Assembly: GCF_018350175.1 (NCBI RefSeq)
Contig: NC_058368.1
Coordinates: forward strand, 166,472,001-166,536,000
DNA from: Felis catus
Taxonomy: Eukaryota
Reading direction: 5' to 3'
DNA: 64,000 bases
The notes under the pieces were generated by a model. The model searched no databases. It worked only from the letters and a program-made list of their open reading frames with translations, and was not told the DNA's origin. The position numbers and the translations under genes are program-made. The number at the start of each line of letters is the position of its first letter. Position 1 is the first letter of the stretch. Shown here piece by piece: positions 1-13,155 of the stretch.

Positions 1-2510
1 GAATGCTCAAGGGTTGAAGTAATTTCAATCTATGCTTGATGTAAAGTTCAAGTATAAAACTGAATCAATTTTTTTCTTCTCTACATTTCTTGACCAAAAG
101 ATTTAAAAACATTTATATAGGATAGTGAATTTATAGAGTAATATTGTAGTTTCAATTTTATTGCTTATCCCTCCAGAAAGCACTATAAATTACTCCAGAG
201 AATGGAATAAACTTTCATTTAGACATATGTGGCAAAAGAGAAAGAGAAAGAATGCAAAACTGTAATAGTGACAAAATATTTTCAAATATCATAATCTCCT
301 TTATTTTGATACTACCACTTACAAAGTAAGCAGATATTTTATATATCAGAAATCATTATATTTCAAGTAATAGAAAAATGAACTAATTCAGACTTTTAAA
401 ATAAAGGGAATTTTTAAGTCACTTCACTGTACAATGTGTGGGTTATTCTAGTTTCAATAGAGGCTGATATCTGGGGTTCCAGCAATATAAACAGGACATG
501 CATCACTCTCAGCTATTTTTCCTTAATCTTGCACCCATTTTGTGAGGCACTCTGTCTTTGCATTTGCAAATAGGGTGTTAGCCTCTTCTACTACATGCTC
601 CCGTGTTCATAGGCAGCAAGAAAGAGAAATTCTGCTTTCTTAACAGCCAAATAAAAGCCATATAATTGAGACCCATAAGCTGTGTTTTCCCTGACTATTT
701 CATATTTACTAACCTGGAAAAATTATCTTGTCCAAAAAGGTAGGTCATGTTGACTGGATTTAGCCAATCTTTGGGCACCCACTAGAAACAGAGGTGGAAT
801 AATCTATCCCTCATAAACATTGTAGGTGGGAAATTCTGGGTACTCTTAGAAAGATGATTAAATGATAAAATGCCAACTAGTAGATGTCCAATATATTATT
901 GAAAATTGATACTTTTTAAGAAAAATTGTTTAATAATTTTTTGAGGTTTTTTTTTGAAGAGCCAGAACTTTCTTTCTTACCTCAAATTGGGCTATAGAAA
1001 AATTTCTGACTGTTAAATTGTCCTTCATGGTTAGAGACCTAGCTTTTCATTATTTAGTGAGCTAGGTGAGTATTACTACTCATCCAAAGTTCATATTTAG
1101 ATTATCTTTTATTTAGAAATAATGTCAACTGCAGGAAACCAACTACACTGGCTTAAAAAATATGCTATCTCCCACCCCCACCCCCCACTTCATGTAATGT
1201 ACAATCAGAAGGTAAGCAGTTAAGAAGGTGGTCAGGTTCTCAGTGGCATAAGAGACAGGATATCTGTGATTCTCTATGCCCTTGGTTACCAGTAAGTGCA
1301 ATAACTTTATACCTCCAGAGACCTTGCCAGCAACTGGAGCAGAAAGAGGAGGTAAGCAGAATGGGCTTTGGCATCAGAAATTATCATACCTCCTTGGCCA
1401 CTCTAGCTTTAAGGGACTCAGAGAACATGAGGACTTTTGTTTTTCTACCAGAGTAAAACTGAGCAAGAGAGAAAGAACAGGAAGAAGGTGCTAAGTGAGT
1501 CAACCTATATTGTCTTCTCCAGATAATATTCTCTATTTTTTTATTGCATTAACCTATTTAGTAACAAAGAAGAGGCCAATCCTAAAAACATTAAAAGCCT
1601 GAACTATATTAAGCCTAAGTCTAATGTAAAGAATCTAGTGATAAAACAGATCCACTTAAGGGCTTTTAAGTTTCTTGCTTTAGGCTAGACTAAGATTTAT
1701 TTCACAAGGAAATTAGAGGTCAGAAGGGGTGCTCAGTACTTACCATTGCTGGTAACTATGTACAGGTACAGTCTTCAAAAATGAACTGTATACATTACTC
1801 AATTATAAATATAAATGGTCCCATGGTGTAGGAAAACTTGGTTGACTGTCATACCATGGTAGTCATCTTAAAGCCTGTTTTTTAAAAGCACTGGATTTTA
1901 TGTGAAGAACAAAGGCTGAAGAGTTTCAAGCACAATAAGAACATTCCATTTAGTTTAAACATTCTTCTTGCATACAGGAGAGTCTGAGCAAGAAGGCTCC
2001 CTCCGTTTTCTTTTTCAGATTCACTTTCCCAGTAAGGGAAAAGCCTAAAAAAAAGGATAATGCTTAGTAGATGATCACACTTGACCAGAATTTAATGAGA
2101 GAGATTTTTTTTTGTGTGCATTTGTTATAAAACTATATGTGATGATACATTCTACTGTATTATTCAGTGTCCTCTAAAAAAAGACAAAAACTCCCTCAAA
2201 TTTCAAAGTTAGGGGAAGAAAACACTTCCTAAATAACTGATATGTTTTTAGATTATATAACCATGTATAAAAACCCTTCTACAGGCAGTGTATGTAGTAT
2301 CAATGATAAAAACAGAAAAACAAGGTGAAAGAGAGGGACAGAGGAAAGAAAGACTGAGTTTCTCCCTGACTGGCCAACTTGGATACATCTTCATCATAAC
2401 TCTATGTATTATGCAGAGCTTTAAAGCTGGACCAAAACACTAGCCCTAAAATGGGGGAGATTATGGCCATCACTTTCTTGTATGAAATGCCAAATGCCAA
2501 AATCTGTACT

Positions 2511-2552
2511 TAATATGTAGCTGATAATATGTAGCTGATAATATGTAGCTGA
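2511..2552. repeat. Perfect 14-bp x3 minisatellite (TAATATGTAGCTGA)
   Basis: Units at 2511, 2525 and 2539. Confidence 0.95.
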
Positions 2553-2651
2553 TATGTGCCAACAGTGAGTAGTAGGTTCTTTTTAGGTGTCTTCTAGGAT
2601 ACCACAAAGACCTAACAACTCTTTCATTTATATCTACTCACTTTATGTTTT

Positions 2652-2860
2652 CTATGTTTTCATTTAAATTCCAGTTAGTTGACTTACAGTGTAATATCAA
2701 TTCCAGGGGTACAATAAAGTGATTCAACAATTCCATACAACAAATGGTGCTCATTATAGCAAATGCCCTCCTTAATCCCCAACCCATCTTTAATCCATCC
2801 CCTCACCCACCTCTCCTCTGGTAACCATTAGTTTGGTCTCTAAAGAGTCTGTTTCTTGAA
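2652..2860 (-). mobile_element. Short 3'-end fragment of a carnivore LINE-1 with TSD
   Basis: Resembles the 3'UTR at 17960-18150; flanked by ACTCACTTTAT at 2636-2646 and 2861-2871, the right copy followed by TTTT/AA. Confidence 0.8.
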
Positions 2861-2974
2861 ACTCACTTTATTTTTAAAACTATTTAAGTCAAAGCCTGAG
2901 TGATTAAAAAGTTATGACAACTACAGCATCATAAGCCAAACAGATCAAATTCAATATTTCTCCTGAGTATGCCA

Positions 2975-3057
2975 TATATATATATATATATATATAAATA
3001 TATATATATGTATGTATATACATATATGTATATATGTGTGTGTGTGTGTGTGTGTAT
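2975..3057. repeat. Compound (TA)n/(TG)n microsatellite
   Basis: Read directly from the sequence. Confidence 0.95.
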
Positions 3058-3234
3058 AAAAGTGAGTACTGCTTTGGTTTCTATTCTAGATATATCACAA
3101 TGAGAGAGAAAAAAAAGAAAGAGCTTGATAGGCCAAGAGACTCTAGAAAATATCACGGAGGAGCAAAACTATAAGTTAAATGTGTCAATGAAATTTTGTG
3201 GGGTGGATGTGTCCTAAAAATATTGAAATGCAGA

Positions 3235-3450
3235 ATTTAGTGGCTAGGAGCTTGGTTTAGAATCAACAGACCCTCCAGGATTAATTATTAGCAGTGCAAC
3301 CTTAAACAGATTACTTAACCTCCTTGAAGTCAGTGTCCTTCTATGTTAATTGGGAAAAACTATTGGTGGTTTACAGTGTTATTGTGAGAAATGAATAGCA
3401 TTATATCTGTGAAACACCAATCCTAGTGCTAGTGCTTAATAAGACTTAGT
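3235..3450 (+). mobile_element. MIR SINE relic
   Basis: ttacttaacctccttgaagtcagtgtccttctatgttaattggg...gttattgtgaga core-like sequence. Confidence 0.6.
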
Positions 3451-4486
3451 ATCATTTGAGGATTTTATCATTTATCTCACCCAAGCAAAAAAATATACCA
3501 CAAATATGCAAATGTATCAAAAAAAACCCCTAAATATAGGCATATAACAAGATCTATTATTTTAAAGTTTAACATGGTAAAATATGAATATGTTTGTATA
3601 AAATTTGATAAATTGTATAAATTATAGGGTTTTAAATGTCATCTTTAAGAAAAAGGTATAAAATGCCATACATGAAACCCAGACTGTGGGAAAAGCTGTG
3701 TAAGGAAAAACATTGATTCTTTAATAAACAGAAAGAAGCCAAGAGAAATAAAGTACATTAAGCCTGTAAAAGGTTGCCTTGGAAATATTTAGATACGACA
3801 TGTGTTAAAAGGGGATTGTAGATTCTGCTTTGACATTGATAAGAGAAACCTGGAACATGTAGGTCCCTGTGGCAAAGTCCAAAGCATTACAAATGTTAAC
3901 ACGTAATATCAATGAAGTTTTTCATTATCCACTCATTCACTCACTATACTTCAGAGTAGGGGTGTGTCTTTACAAAGAAAAAACAGCATGTGTTATTTAA
4001 GCAGAAGCAAAATAACATGGTTAGTTTGAGAAATTCAAAGAACAAGGCTGAAATAATAGAGAATGAGGTTATAAAGATGTAGTGTGATCATACTGTATAA
4101 TTTTGGATTTTATTCCAAGTGGTACACTGCATCCTAATATCCCCCAAAATATATAGGAAAATAACCACATACTTCAGCCTACGTTGATAAATTCATAAGA
4201 AGGAGGTATTGGTTTAACATCTTTTGTAATCAGTTTCAGACTGGTATAAGTTTAAATTATGAGTAGGCAGGATTCTGCAATTTGGTTGCCAAGCAAGTGA
4301 TACACTTCTATCTGTATTGCAGTCTTGGAGTGGGCAGAGATGATAGAAGGAAGTATGCAAGGTAGATCAAAGAAACTAGACACACTCTAAAAGCCCTTGA
4401 AATAAACCCATCTCCTGACATTTTAGTTATTAATTGTATTTGCATCTACTGGTTTGTTATTTTATTTATTATATAAGATTATTTCT

Positions 4487-4703
4487 TTTTTTAAATTTTT
4501 TAATATTTATTTACTTTTGAGAGAGATACATAAGCATGAACGGGGGACAGGCAGAGAGAGAGAGGGAGACACAGACTCCAAAGCAGGCTCCAGGCTCTGA
4601 GCTGTCAGCACAGAGCTCGAGTCAGGGCTCGAACACGCGAATTATGAGATCATGACCTGAGCCAGAGTTGGAGGCTTCGTCGACTGAGCCACCCAGGCTG
4701 CCC
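4487..4703 (-). mobile_element. Felid CanSINE (SINEC_Fc-type)
   Basis: Reverse-complement tRNA head, (AG)n and T tail; degenerate TSD tatataagattatttct / tatgtaagcttatttct. Confidence 0.93.
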
Positions 4704-5559
4704 TATGTAAGCTTATTTCTGGGTGTAATTACATTCCTCTGTTGATTTATAATGCATCGTATATAAGAATTAGACTTTTTAAGGATTTACAAATCCTAAC
4801 ATGAAACTAAAGTTTGGCTAGGATGTCAAGCAAAGCACATAGCCATACACTGCTATAGGAATGTCAGTTTGTACATACACTTTGGAAAACAATTTAGTGC
4901 TGTAATAATACCATGAAAATACAAAAGAAATAATAAATACAAAATTCATGCTATTAGTTACTTCCTAGCTGATTCAGCAATGGTCACCCTTGATGTTTCA
5001 AAAGCAAGGCTGTTTTTTAATTGATTGGTGTTCAGGAGTTTCCTTTTATTATTGATTATTACTCTTAATATTGCATGTGTATTTCATAATAAAACGGAAA
5101 TAAAACCTTTTTCAGTATGAAAGTAATCATCCCAAACTGAAATTGTTTACATGCATTTCATATAAATGTCTGTAACAAAGTTACCTCATATGGTTTCTGA
5201 TCAATTTCTAAGTTTTAAGAATAAAATGAACAGTCAAATCATCATTATAAAGGTGACTTTATCTTCTACATAAAGTTGAGAAAATATTCTTATTGAAATA
5301 AGGGAAGACTATTATTGGCACTCTGCAATGCCACAAAAGTATGTATACATCCTTATACATATATCAAAAGGCTTTGACTACAAACTTGTGTTCTCCCTTG
5401 TGAGTATTCAGAAATATATGCCTCCAGTAGCTAAGCTGTAAGAGTTGGAAATTAAAAAATAATAATAATAATAAGGGAAAATTTAAATTTTCCTGACCTC
5501 TGGCATCTATGTAAGACAACTACTGCTAGATGCAATGATTAACTCTGCCTAAATATTAG

Positions 5560-5878
5560 AACCACTTGGAAGAAATTTATCAAATCCCAATGATTTGTGC
5601 CTCACCTTTAGAGAATGAGATTTAATTGGTTTAGGTGGAGCCAAAGCATCTGTAGTTTGGAAAAGATCTCCCAGATGATTCTAATGCACTATCACTGTAG
5701 TTCTTGCACTTTGATCACCAGACTAGCAGCATCAGCACCTGTGATCTTTTTACCCATTCTTACTTAGGTTCCACCCCCAGAGCTGCTGAATCAGAAACTC
5801 TGGTGTTGGGGTCCAGTAGTTTGTGTTCTTACAAGCTTTCCAGGCGATTTCATGCTTCCTGAAGTTTGAGAACCAGTA
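5560..5878. mobile_element. Two adjacent MER5-type hAT-Charlie MITE relics
   Basis: Recalled motifs ctgaatcagaaactctgg...ggggtccag...tttgagaaccagt and ctcccagatgattctaatgca. Confidence 0.7.
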
Positions 5879-7466
5879 CGATGTGCTGTAAGGTATTTCT
5901 TTTAGATTTTCTTTCCTAATTTGCTCCTCAGTAGGGAAAAAACGTCGTATCAGATTGGAAATTTTGAGACCAGACACTGAGTCTGCTAGGCTTAGCTAAT
6001 GTTTGCTGAATATAATTGCTTAGGGGTAACGCTAAACAAAGGTTTGTTACTGTAGCAAGTGTTTGTGTAGAATCCTTGAAGTGTTTAGGGTTTGGCCCAG
6101 TTTAAAAGTTTATGGTTCCACCAGATGAGGACATGTTTAAGACTCATCTTTTTAATGGCTTCTTGGCTCCATTTTAAAAGCCCTGACACAAGTGATTGCA
6201 TTTTATTTTACCTTTTGGATCAAACAGCAGATCCCTTACCCCTTTGGATCAAACAGCGGATCCCCACATACTTCAGGTGGGGGAATGGGTTGAAGCCACC
6301 GGTGAAAATTACACGTTAGAGGTTAGAAAGGTTTTTCATCAAATGGATGTAGTAGAAAAGCTAGATGGTGAGAGAACAGGAGAGCAAGTTGTGGTCAAAA
6401 GAAGGAAGTAGGTACTGGAAATTGTAAAGCGTGAGTTGAGACTGTATGAACATCGCTTGGAATATGCTTTACGAAGCAGGATGCAGACTCTGAACGTGAT
6501 GTAAACGTGTTTAACTTGTTTCTGTTAGTCTGTGTGTAGTGAGTACAGAGGACTGTTTAAGATGTGGCTGCAAATCCGGGTCTGACATTTCCTGTGTGGT
6601 CATTTCCTAATCGGGCAGGTGCAGCTTGTACTTTCTCCTCCCCTTGCATTTATGTTTAAAGAGTATCTTGTGGATATTTTAATATGCATTTCCTTGATGA
6701 CTAATGTGGTTGAGATTTAGTTCTATTCTGTCATTTTTATTTTTTTATGAGGAAGAGTGCTCTGTTCAATTTTCTGTTTTCTCATCCACTACTTTGTAAC
6801 ATTGTTAATTTCATAAAAATACGTGAATATCTTTCTTAAAATAAAAAAACCAATATTCCTAATACTGGTTCCCACCCTTGTTACCATTTGATAAGTCTTG
6901 CATACTCTTTTTATGTATATGAGTATTAATAGAAATACCTAATTTTAGTTTCACTTTGTGATTGTACACATACCATATCATTGTTTTTGTGCTGATAGGG
7001 AACTTTTTTTCCACAAAACAGTAAGCCCTGATCTGTCCACATCAGTGTCTATAGATATACAATTTACCTGTTACATTATATTCTAGTTTACAGATGGATA
7101 TTTTAGGGACATGTGGAGTTAATAACATTTTTCATTAGGAGCAATGTATAATTGTGTCCTTGTCCACCATACCCTAATATGTTAGAATATAAAAGATCAT
7201 GTCTAACCTAATCACTGTTATCCCTGGGGCCTGGAAGGTCATTGGTACATGCTTGAAAATAGATAAATGTTTGCTCAATAAATGACTGAATGGATATACA
7301 TACTAGTTGGCCCTTCAGTACTTAGAGGGACTTAAACTGTAAGTCTAACTATACAGGATCCTATTGAATTCGGATGTCAAGATGGCTGACCCAGGGATAT
7401 GTAGATTTCAAAGTTTTCTAAGGTATTTTTTTTTCAGACTTAAGTATGAGAAAAATTATTTTTCAG

Positions 7467-7645
7467 AGTAGTGTTTCTCTAATAATTATGCCAAGATCAA
7501 CAGCAAGATTACCAAGAGGGAACTTGTAAAGAATGCAAATTCTTTGGCTCCAACGAAGATCTACTAAATCAGAAACTGGGGCTGGGGTCCCACAATGTCT
7601 GACTTAACAAGCCCACCAGGTGATGCGAATTTCTGAGAACCACTG
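7467..7645. mobile_element. MER5A-type hAT-Charlie MITE
   Basis: agaatgcaaattct...ctactaaatcagaaactgggg...aacaagcccaccaggtgat...tgagaaccactg. Confidence 0.75.
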
Positions 7646-8968
7646 CTTTAATAAATAACTTGATTTTGATTGAAGACAGCTGTTTTTAACTAGCTACCAA
7701 TGGTAGTAAAAATTAGCAGCAGTTTTTTTCCATTAAACATTAAAACATGAAATAAATTGTTGATCATAACCTATATTATGCCAGTTGAGAAAAATAGAGA
7801 AGTTAGAGTGGATTTCATGGGGAGCCTATATAAACAATCAAATTATTTTAATACCACATCTTAACCAGTGTGAAAAAATAATACTGTTCTCAAATACACA
7901 ATATTCTTCCTTATTATTTTTTTAAATGTGTGTGCTTCGGTTATGGGGAAGTACATAGCACAACTTGTATAAAATACACGGTAGTAATTTTTTCTTAAGA
8001 TTGGGTTTCCAGCACAAATAGGGCTATATTTTTATAATTAGGATTTTTTTTTAATCTCTTTAGTTCCTTTTCATCAGTACATTTATGAAGATGGCAGAAG
8101 ATATTAAGAGGTCTGAGGTTTTTTTCTTTTTTTTTTTCCCCTCCCATTTTCCTTCTAGTCACAGAGTACTTCAGCATGTTACAATGCAATTTCACTCTCT
8201 AGGAGACGGCTATAATTCATTTCTCTTTGTAAACTGAATCAAATGCTGAGAGTATTATGGAGAGCCTCGGCTCCGGACTTCAACACTAGGCTGAGAGGCC
8301 TGCTAAGGATGGTGCAGTACAAGTTCTAGAAGCCTAATTGACTCAGTTTGTTCTGTAATAATAATTACAGCCTTTCTTAATTGAGGCCTGTGAAATTTGC
8401 CAGAGAGTTTTTAACTCCCTTTTTCCTTTACAGATTTAATAAAAGGTCAGACTCTTTTAAAATGAGAAATTATTATTTTTTGTGTATAGTTACCTCCGTA
8501 AGGAAATGCACTGGTGTCTTATGAATTACTGATTGCAATTCAGGCAAGGAGCATGTACCTTTTAGGATATGTAAGAAATAGAATGAAAAACATTTCAATG
8601 AACACAATTTCCCTCAATCTCTCCTGAAAATACGCCACAGTCTCTATCACTTAGAAGGAATTAAGTATTTTCTTAAAAACTCGTCGCTTTAAAATTGGTC
8701 AGTTAGAATTTCTTTCTAATAAATGGAAATCTGTTTCTTTAGTAGCCAGAAGAGTTTTACCAGTTTACTGAAAGTTACTGTTTACCTTGATGCATTGCCA
8801 ACTTAAATATCTTAAAGATTTTACTCAGTTACATGAAGAAAACCATATTCAACATTTGCAAATAATCAATGTATGTTTTTATTTTAAAGTATCTCAAGTC
8901 CTTTTGATTAAGGAGGAGCTTATGATAGACACAGAAGAAAAAAACCTATAAGAATATTAGGGAATTTT

Positions 8969-9202
8969 GGGGTGCTGGGGTGGCTCAGTCCGTTGAAAAT
9001 CGTACTTTGGCTCGGGTCATGATCTCAGTTTGTGGTTCGAGCCCTGTGTCAGGCTCTGTGCTGACAGCTAAGAGCCTGCAGCCTGCTTGAGATACTGTGT
9101 TTTCCCCTCTCTCTGCCCCTTCTCCACCTGTGCGCACTCTAGCGCGCGCGCGCGCGCGCGCTCTCTCTCTCTCTCTCTCAAAAATGTTAATAAAAAAGTT
9201 GA
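8969..9202 (+). mobile_element. Felid CanSINE containing a (GC)10 tract
   Basis: GGGGTGCTGGGGTGGCTCAGT head, (CT)n, A tail; 19-bp TSD AAGAATATTAGGGAATTTT at 8950-8968 and 9203-9221. Confidence 0.95.
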
Positions 9203-9307
9203 AAGAATATTAGGGAATTTTATATTTCACATGACAAATCTACATGTATTTTATACAAAAATAAATACTATTTAGCCATACATAGCTTTAAAATAGGGTA
9301 CAAAATT

Positions 9308-9525
9308 GGGGCACCTGGGTGGCTCAGTCAGTTAAGCGTCTGACTTCAGCTTGGGCCATGATCTCACAGCTCATGGATTTGAGCCCGCGTCAGGCTGTGT
9401 GCTAACAGCTCAGAGCCTGGAGCCTGCATCGGATTCTGTGTCTCCCTCTCTCTCTCTCTCTGCCCCTTCCCCGCTCGGGCTCTGTCTCTCTCTCTCTCTC
9501 TCTCTCAAACATTTAAAAAAAAAAA
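9308..9525 (+). mobile_element. Felid CanSINE
   Basis: GGGGCACCTGGGTGGCTCAG head, (CT)n, A tail; TSD core TAGGGTACAAA. Confidence 0.94.
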
Positions 9526-10351
9526 TTAGGGTACAAATTTAAATGCACCTTGGTTTCTGTTCTCAAAGTATTTTAATCTGGTGAACTATTAAGATACTCA
9601 AAATCACTAATGTTGTTAAGAGCTTTGTTTATGTAAATGAGAGGCTTATATATTGATATAAAAATCACTTTTGGAGGCTTCTCCTAATTAAAACTAAACT
9701 GCAATGAATTTGTCTTCCTTCTACTCCCCTACTTCACACCAGCACTCCTAAACTTGTTTTTTAAATATACAGCAGGACTTGGCAATAAACAACTCCTGAG
9801 AAATTAAAAAGAGAATTAAGTACAAACTGATAAGGAACAGTCCACTGGTATTCTAGTCTCAGATGTTGGTCCTAATAGCTGAGCCTGGGGTTCTGAGAAG
9901 CTGGGTAGGGTAGAAAACACAACTTGGGTCTGATGAGGAGCTTGGAATTATCTACCTTCTATAAAGCTCAGAACCAAATGAATACTTGATAATCAATGGG
10001 AAAGGAGGTGGAAAAAAGCCTATCTTTGAAAATTTGAAATAGCATGACTGGGCCACTTCAGGTTGTGGCTTGTGAACTCCAAATACCTGAAAAGTAAGAA
10101 AAACCTAAATCCATAAAATAAACATGAATTGAACAATTATGTACGTTCATCAAGTTCACAAAGAAATAAACACTGCAATAGCAGTATTAGTTTCATAACC
10201 ACAAAGGGATCCCCACTGAAGTTGATACCATAATTAAGAAATTTATAAAATAAGGAGAAAAATCCTATATGATGAGTCCATACATCTGATAAACCCAAAG
10301 AACCTCTGAAAAGAGGACAGTTACCTGGAAAATAATATGAAACAAGTAGGA

Positions 10352-10574
10352 TTTAAAACAAATTCTGAAGTGTTTAATTATTTTTGAAAGAAAGAGAGAG
10401 ACAGAGCGTGAGGGAGGGAAGGGGAGAGAGAGAGAGGAAGACACAGAACCCCAAGCAGGCTCCAGACTCCATGCTGTCAGCCAAGAGCTTGACACGAGGC
10501 TCGAACCCACATACTGTGAGATCATGATCAGAGCCGAAGTCAGATGCCTAACCACTGAGCCACTCAGGAACCCC
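10352..10574 (-). mobile_element. Felid CanSINE
   Basis: Reverse-complement head ends ...gagccactcaggaacccc; TSD tgaaa(c/t)aagtag. Confidence 0.9.
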
Positions 10575-11934
10575 TGAAATAAGTAGTTGTAAAATAATTA
10601 CATGCATAAAAGCTGAGTTAGGGACTTGGGGGGAACAGTAAAACAAATGGGGATATTAAAAAAAACAGAACTCCTAAAAACCAACATAACTTCAAATTAA
10701 TAACTCCTATGACAGATTGAATAGCAGATTAGGCTCTGGAAGATTGAAATATGGAAGGTGATTTAAGGGAAACCCAGAATGCAAATATAGAAAAAATGAT
10801 AGAAAGCATGAAAGAGGGGTTAAAAAATACAAAATACAAAATGAGAAAGGCCTTTGCACATCTGCTAAGAGTGTCTACATGAAACGAGAAAGTTGGGAAA
10901 ATATCAAATGAGATAATGGCTGAACAAGTTGGAGGGTTGAAGAAAGACAGGAGTTTTTAGATAAGAAACACAATAGATCTTCAACTCATGATGAAATGAC
11001 AGAATGTAAAAGTCAAAAAGCACATTCTAAACATTACTGGAAAGAAAAATTTCTACAAAAGGAGAAGCAATGAAATTGGCACAAGATTTTTCATCAGCAG
11101 TAATAAATCCCTGAACATGAAATAATAGCCTGAGAATGCAGTATGGGCAGAAAACCTGGATTTCTTTTCCAGTCAAGTCTATTGACAAAAATAGGCCTAC
11201 ATAAAACCTATTTCTTTAAGATGTAATTTGGCATTCCATTTGACATTGTGAAGAAAAAGATTTTCAAGCCTACTAGAACAAAAATTACATTTCAATTCCT
11301 AACTAATGACTAGATTATATGAGTAAATAAAAGGAAGGAATAAATTTGCCTTTACTTGCAGTGATGTGATTGTCTACGTAAAATTTCAGACTTTCTATGT
11401 ATTAGAAAAAATTAGCGTTTAGCTATTGCTCTTCATGTACAACTAGCAAAATTAAAATGCAAAATTAAAAGTATAATTGTATAGTAGTAATAAGCAAATA
11501 AGAAATTGACTTAAAATATTCTCTTGGCATTACAAAGTAAAAAGGTTCTGAACTAAATAAAAGATGAATAAGAATTTTATGGAAAAGTTGGAAATTTACT
11601 GAAATGACTTTCTCTCTTAAGTCTTACTTTTTCCAAATGCAAACATACCACATGCCCATTGTAAAAGATAAAACGATTCAAGTGATTAATGTGTATTACA
11701 AAAATTAGATTCTCACATCATCTGCCATTCTCAATCATGTTACATATTTGTGTATGTTTTTTTAGATGAAAGAAGGCATAAATGATACATGTAAGTTTCA
11801 AAGCATATGAAAACTGATGCTATACTTAAGAAATGAACCATTATCAACATCCTTCATGGTTTGCCAGCAGTGTAAGGTAATCACTGTTAAGAATTTTTTA
11901 ATCATTAAAAGAAAGTGTTTAAATACTTAATAAA

Positions 11935-12150
11935 GGGGCCCCTGGGTGGCTCAGTCGGTTGAGCATCCGATGTCGGCTCAGGTCATGATCTCGCGGTCCC
12001 TGAGTTTGAGCCCAGCGTCGGGCTCTGTGCTGACAGCTCAGAGCCTGGAGCCTGTTTCAGATTCTGTGTGTCCCTCTCTCTCTGACCCTCCCCCGTTCAT
12101 GCTCTGTCTCTCTCTGTCTCAAAAATAATTAAACGTTAAAAGAAAAAAAA
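11935..12150 (+). mobile_element. Felid CanSINE
   Basis: GGGGCCCTGGGTGGCTCAGTCGGTT head, CT-rich body, A tail. Confidence 0.94.
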
Positions 12151-12948
12151 ACAATAAAATGGCAATATACCATGTGCAAAGCTAGAAGAAAACCTGTATT
12201 AACGATAGCTTATTTCTATAATACATATGGATATACATATATACACATATATGTGTGCATACACGTTTCTATTTAAAATTCTTATCATTTTTGGTAACTT
12301 GGCATGAGGATAATAAAAATCAAAATGGAAAAAACAGAGCCATGGATAACTAAATTATCAAGATAACAGAGTAAAACATATTTACCCATAGGAATGTATA
12401 AGGTGATAACCCGTATTTTACAGTCCTAGAAATAAAGAGGTTGTATATTGGCACAGGTAGACTGTATGAATAGGATAGAGAACCCTGAAAGATAACAGAA
12501 TGCAGAAACCTAGTACTGATAACATTGTGTCCATGTCAGTTCATAAACTGTAACTAATATACTGCTCTGGGGGCAGGTGTGGATAATAGGGGACCTGCTT
12601 GTGTGGAAGGGCAGAGGGCATATGGGAAATCTTTGGACCTTCCTCTCAGTTTTGCTACAAAATAAAACTGTCCTAAAGCCCAAATTCCATTAAAAAACTA
12701 AAGAAATTGAGCACATAGTAGCAGCAGCTGGAAAAATGGAAGTTACACAATTGCTGCCAATATGGAAAGAAATGATATAAAACAAATTGTATTTTTAAAA
12801 TTCTTAGTTCAATAATCAAATATTCAATATTTTAAAAGTAAAATATAGAATAAAATATTAAATGATTAGGAGTTGCTTAAATAATATACAAAAGGCACAA
12901 ACCACAAAATAGAGGTATATGTTGACATAATTTAAAAATGGATAAATA

Positions 12949-13155
12949 GGGGCGCCTGGGTGGCGCAGTCGGTTAAGCGTCCGACTTCAGCCAGGTCACG
13001 ATCTCGCAGTCCGTTGAGTTCCAGCCCCGCATCGGGCTCTGGGCTGATGGCTCAGAGCCTGGAGCCTGTCTCCGATTCTGTGTCTCCCTCTCTCTCTGCC
13101 CCTCCCCCGTTCATGCTCTGTCTCTCTCTGTCCCAAAAATAAATAAACGTTGAAA
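12949..13155 (+). mobile_element. Very young felid CanSINE
   Basis: GGGGCGCCTGGGTGGCGCAGTCGGTTAAGCG with most CpGs retained; perfect TSD AAAAATGGATAAATA at 12934-12948 and 13156-13170. Confidence 0.96.

Noticed and set aside
2511..6264. 14-bp x3 and 28-bp x2 repeats as a CRISPR-like array
   Set aside because: No spacers, no cas genes, and a mammalian context.
7356..7422. Possible small exon (ctaac...tacag|GATCC...CTAAG|gtattt)
   Set aside because: No polypyrimidine tract, weak donor and no recognisable peptide.
12949..13030. tRNA gene
   Set aside because: The A and B boxes belong to the tRNA-derived SINE head and are followed by SINE body, tail and TSD.
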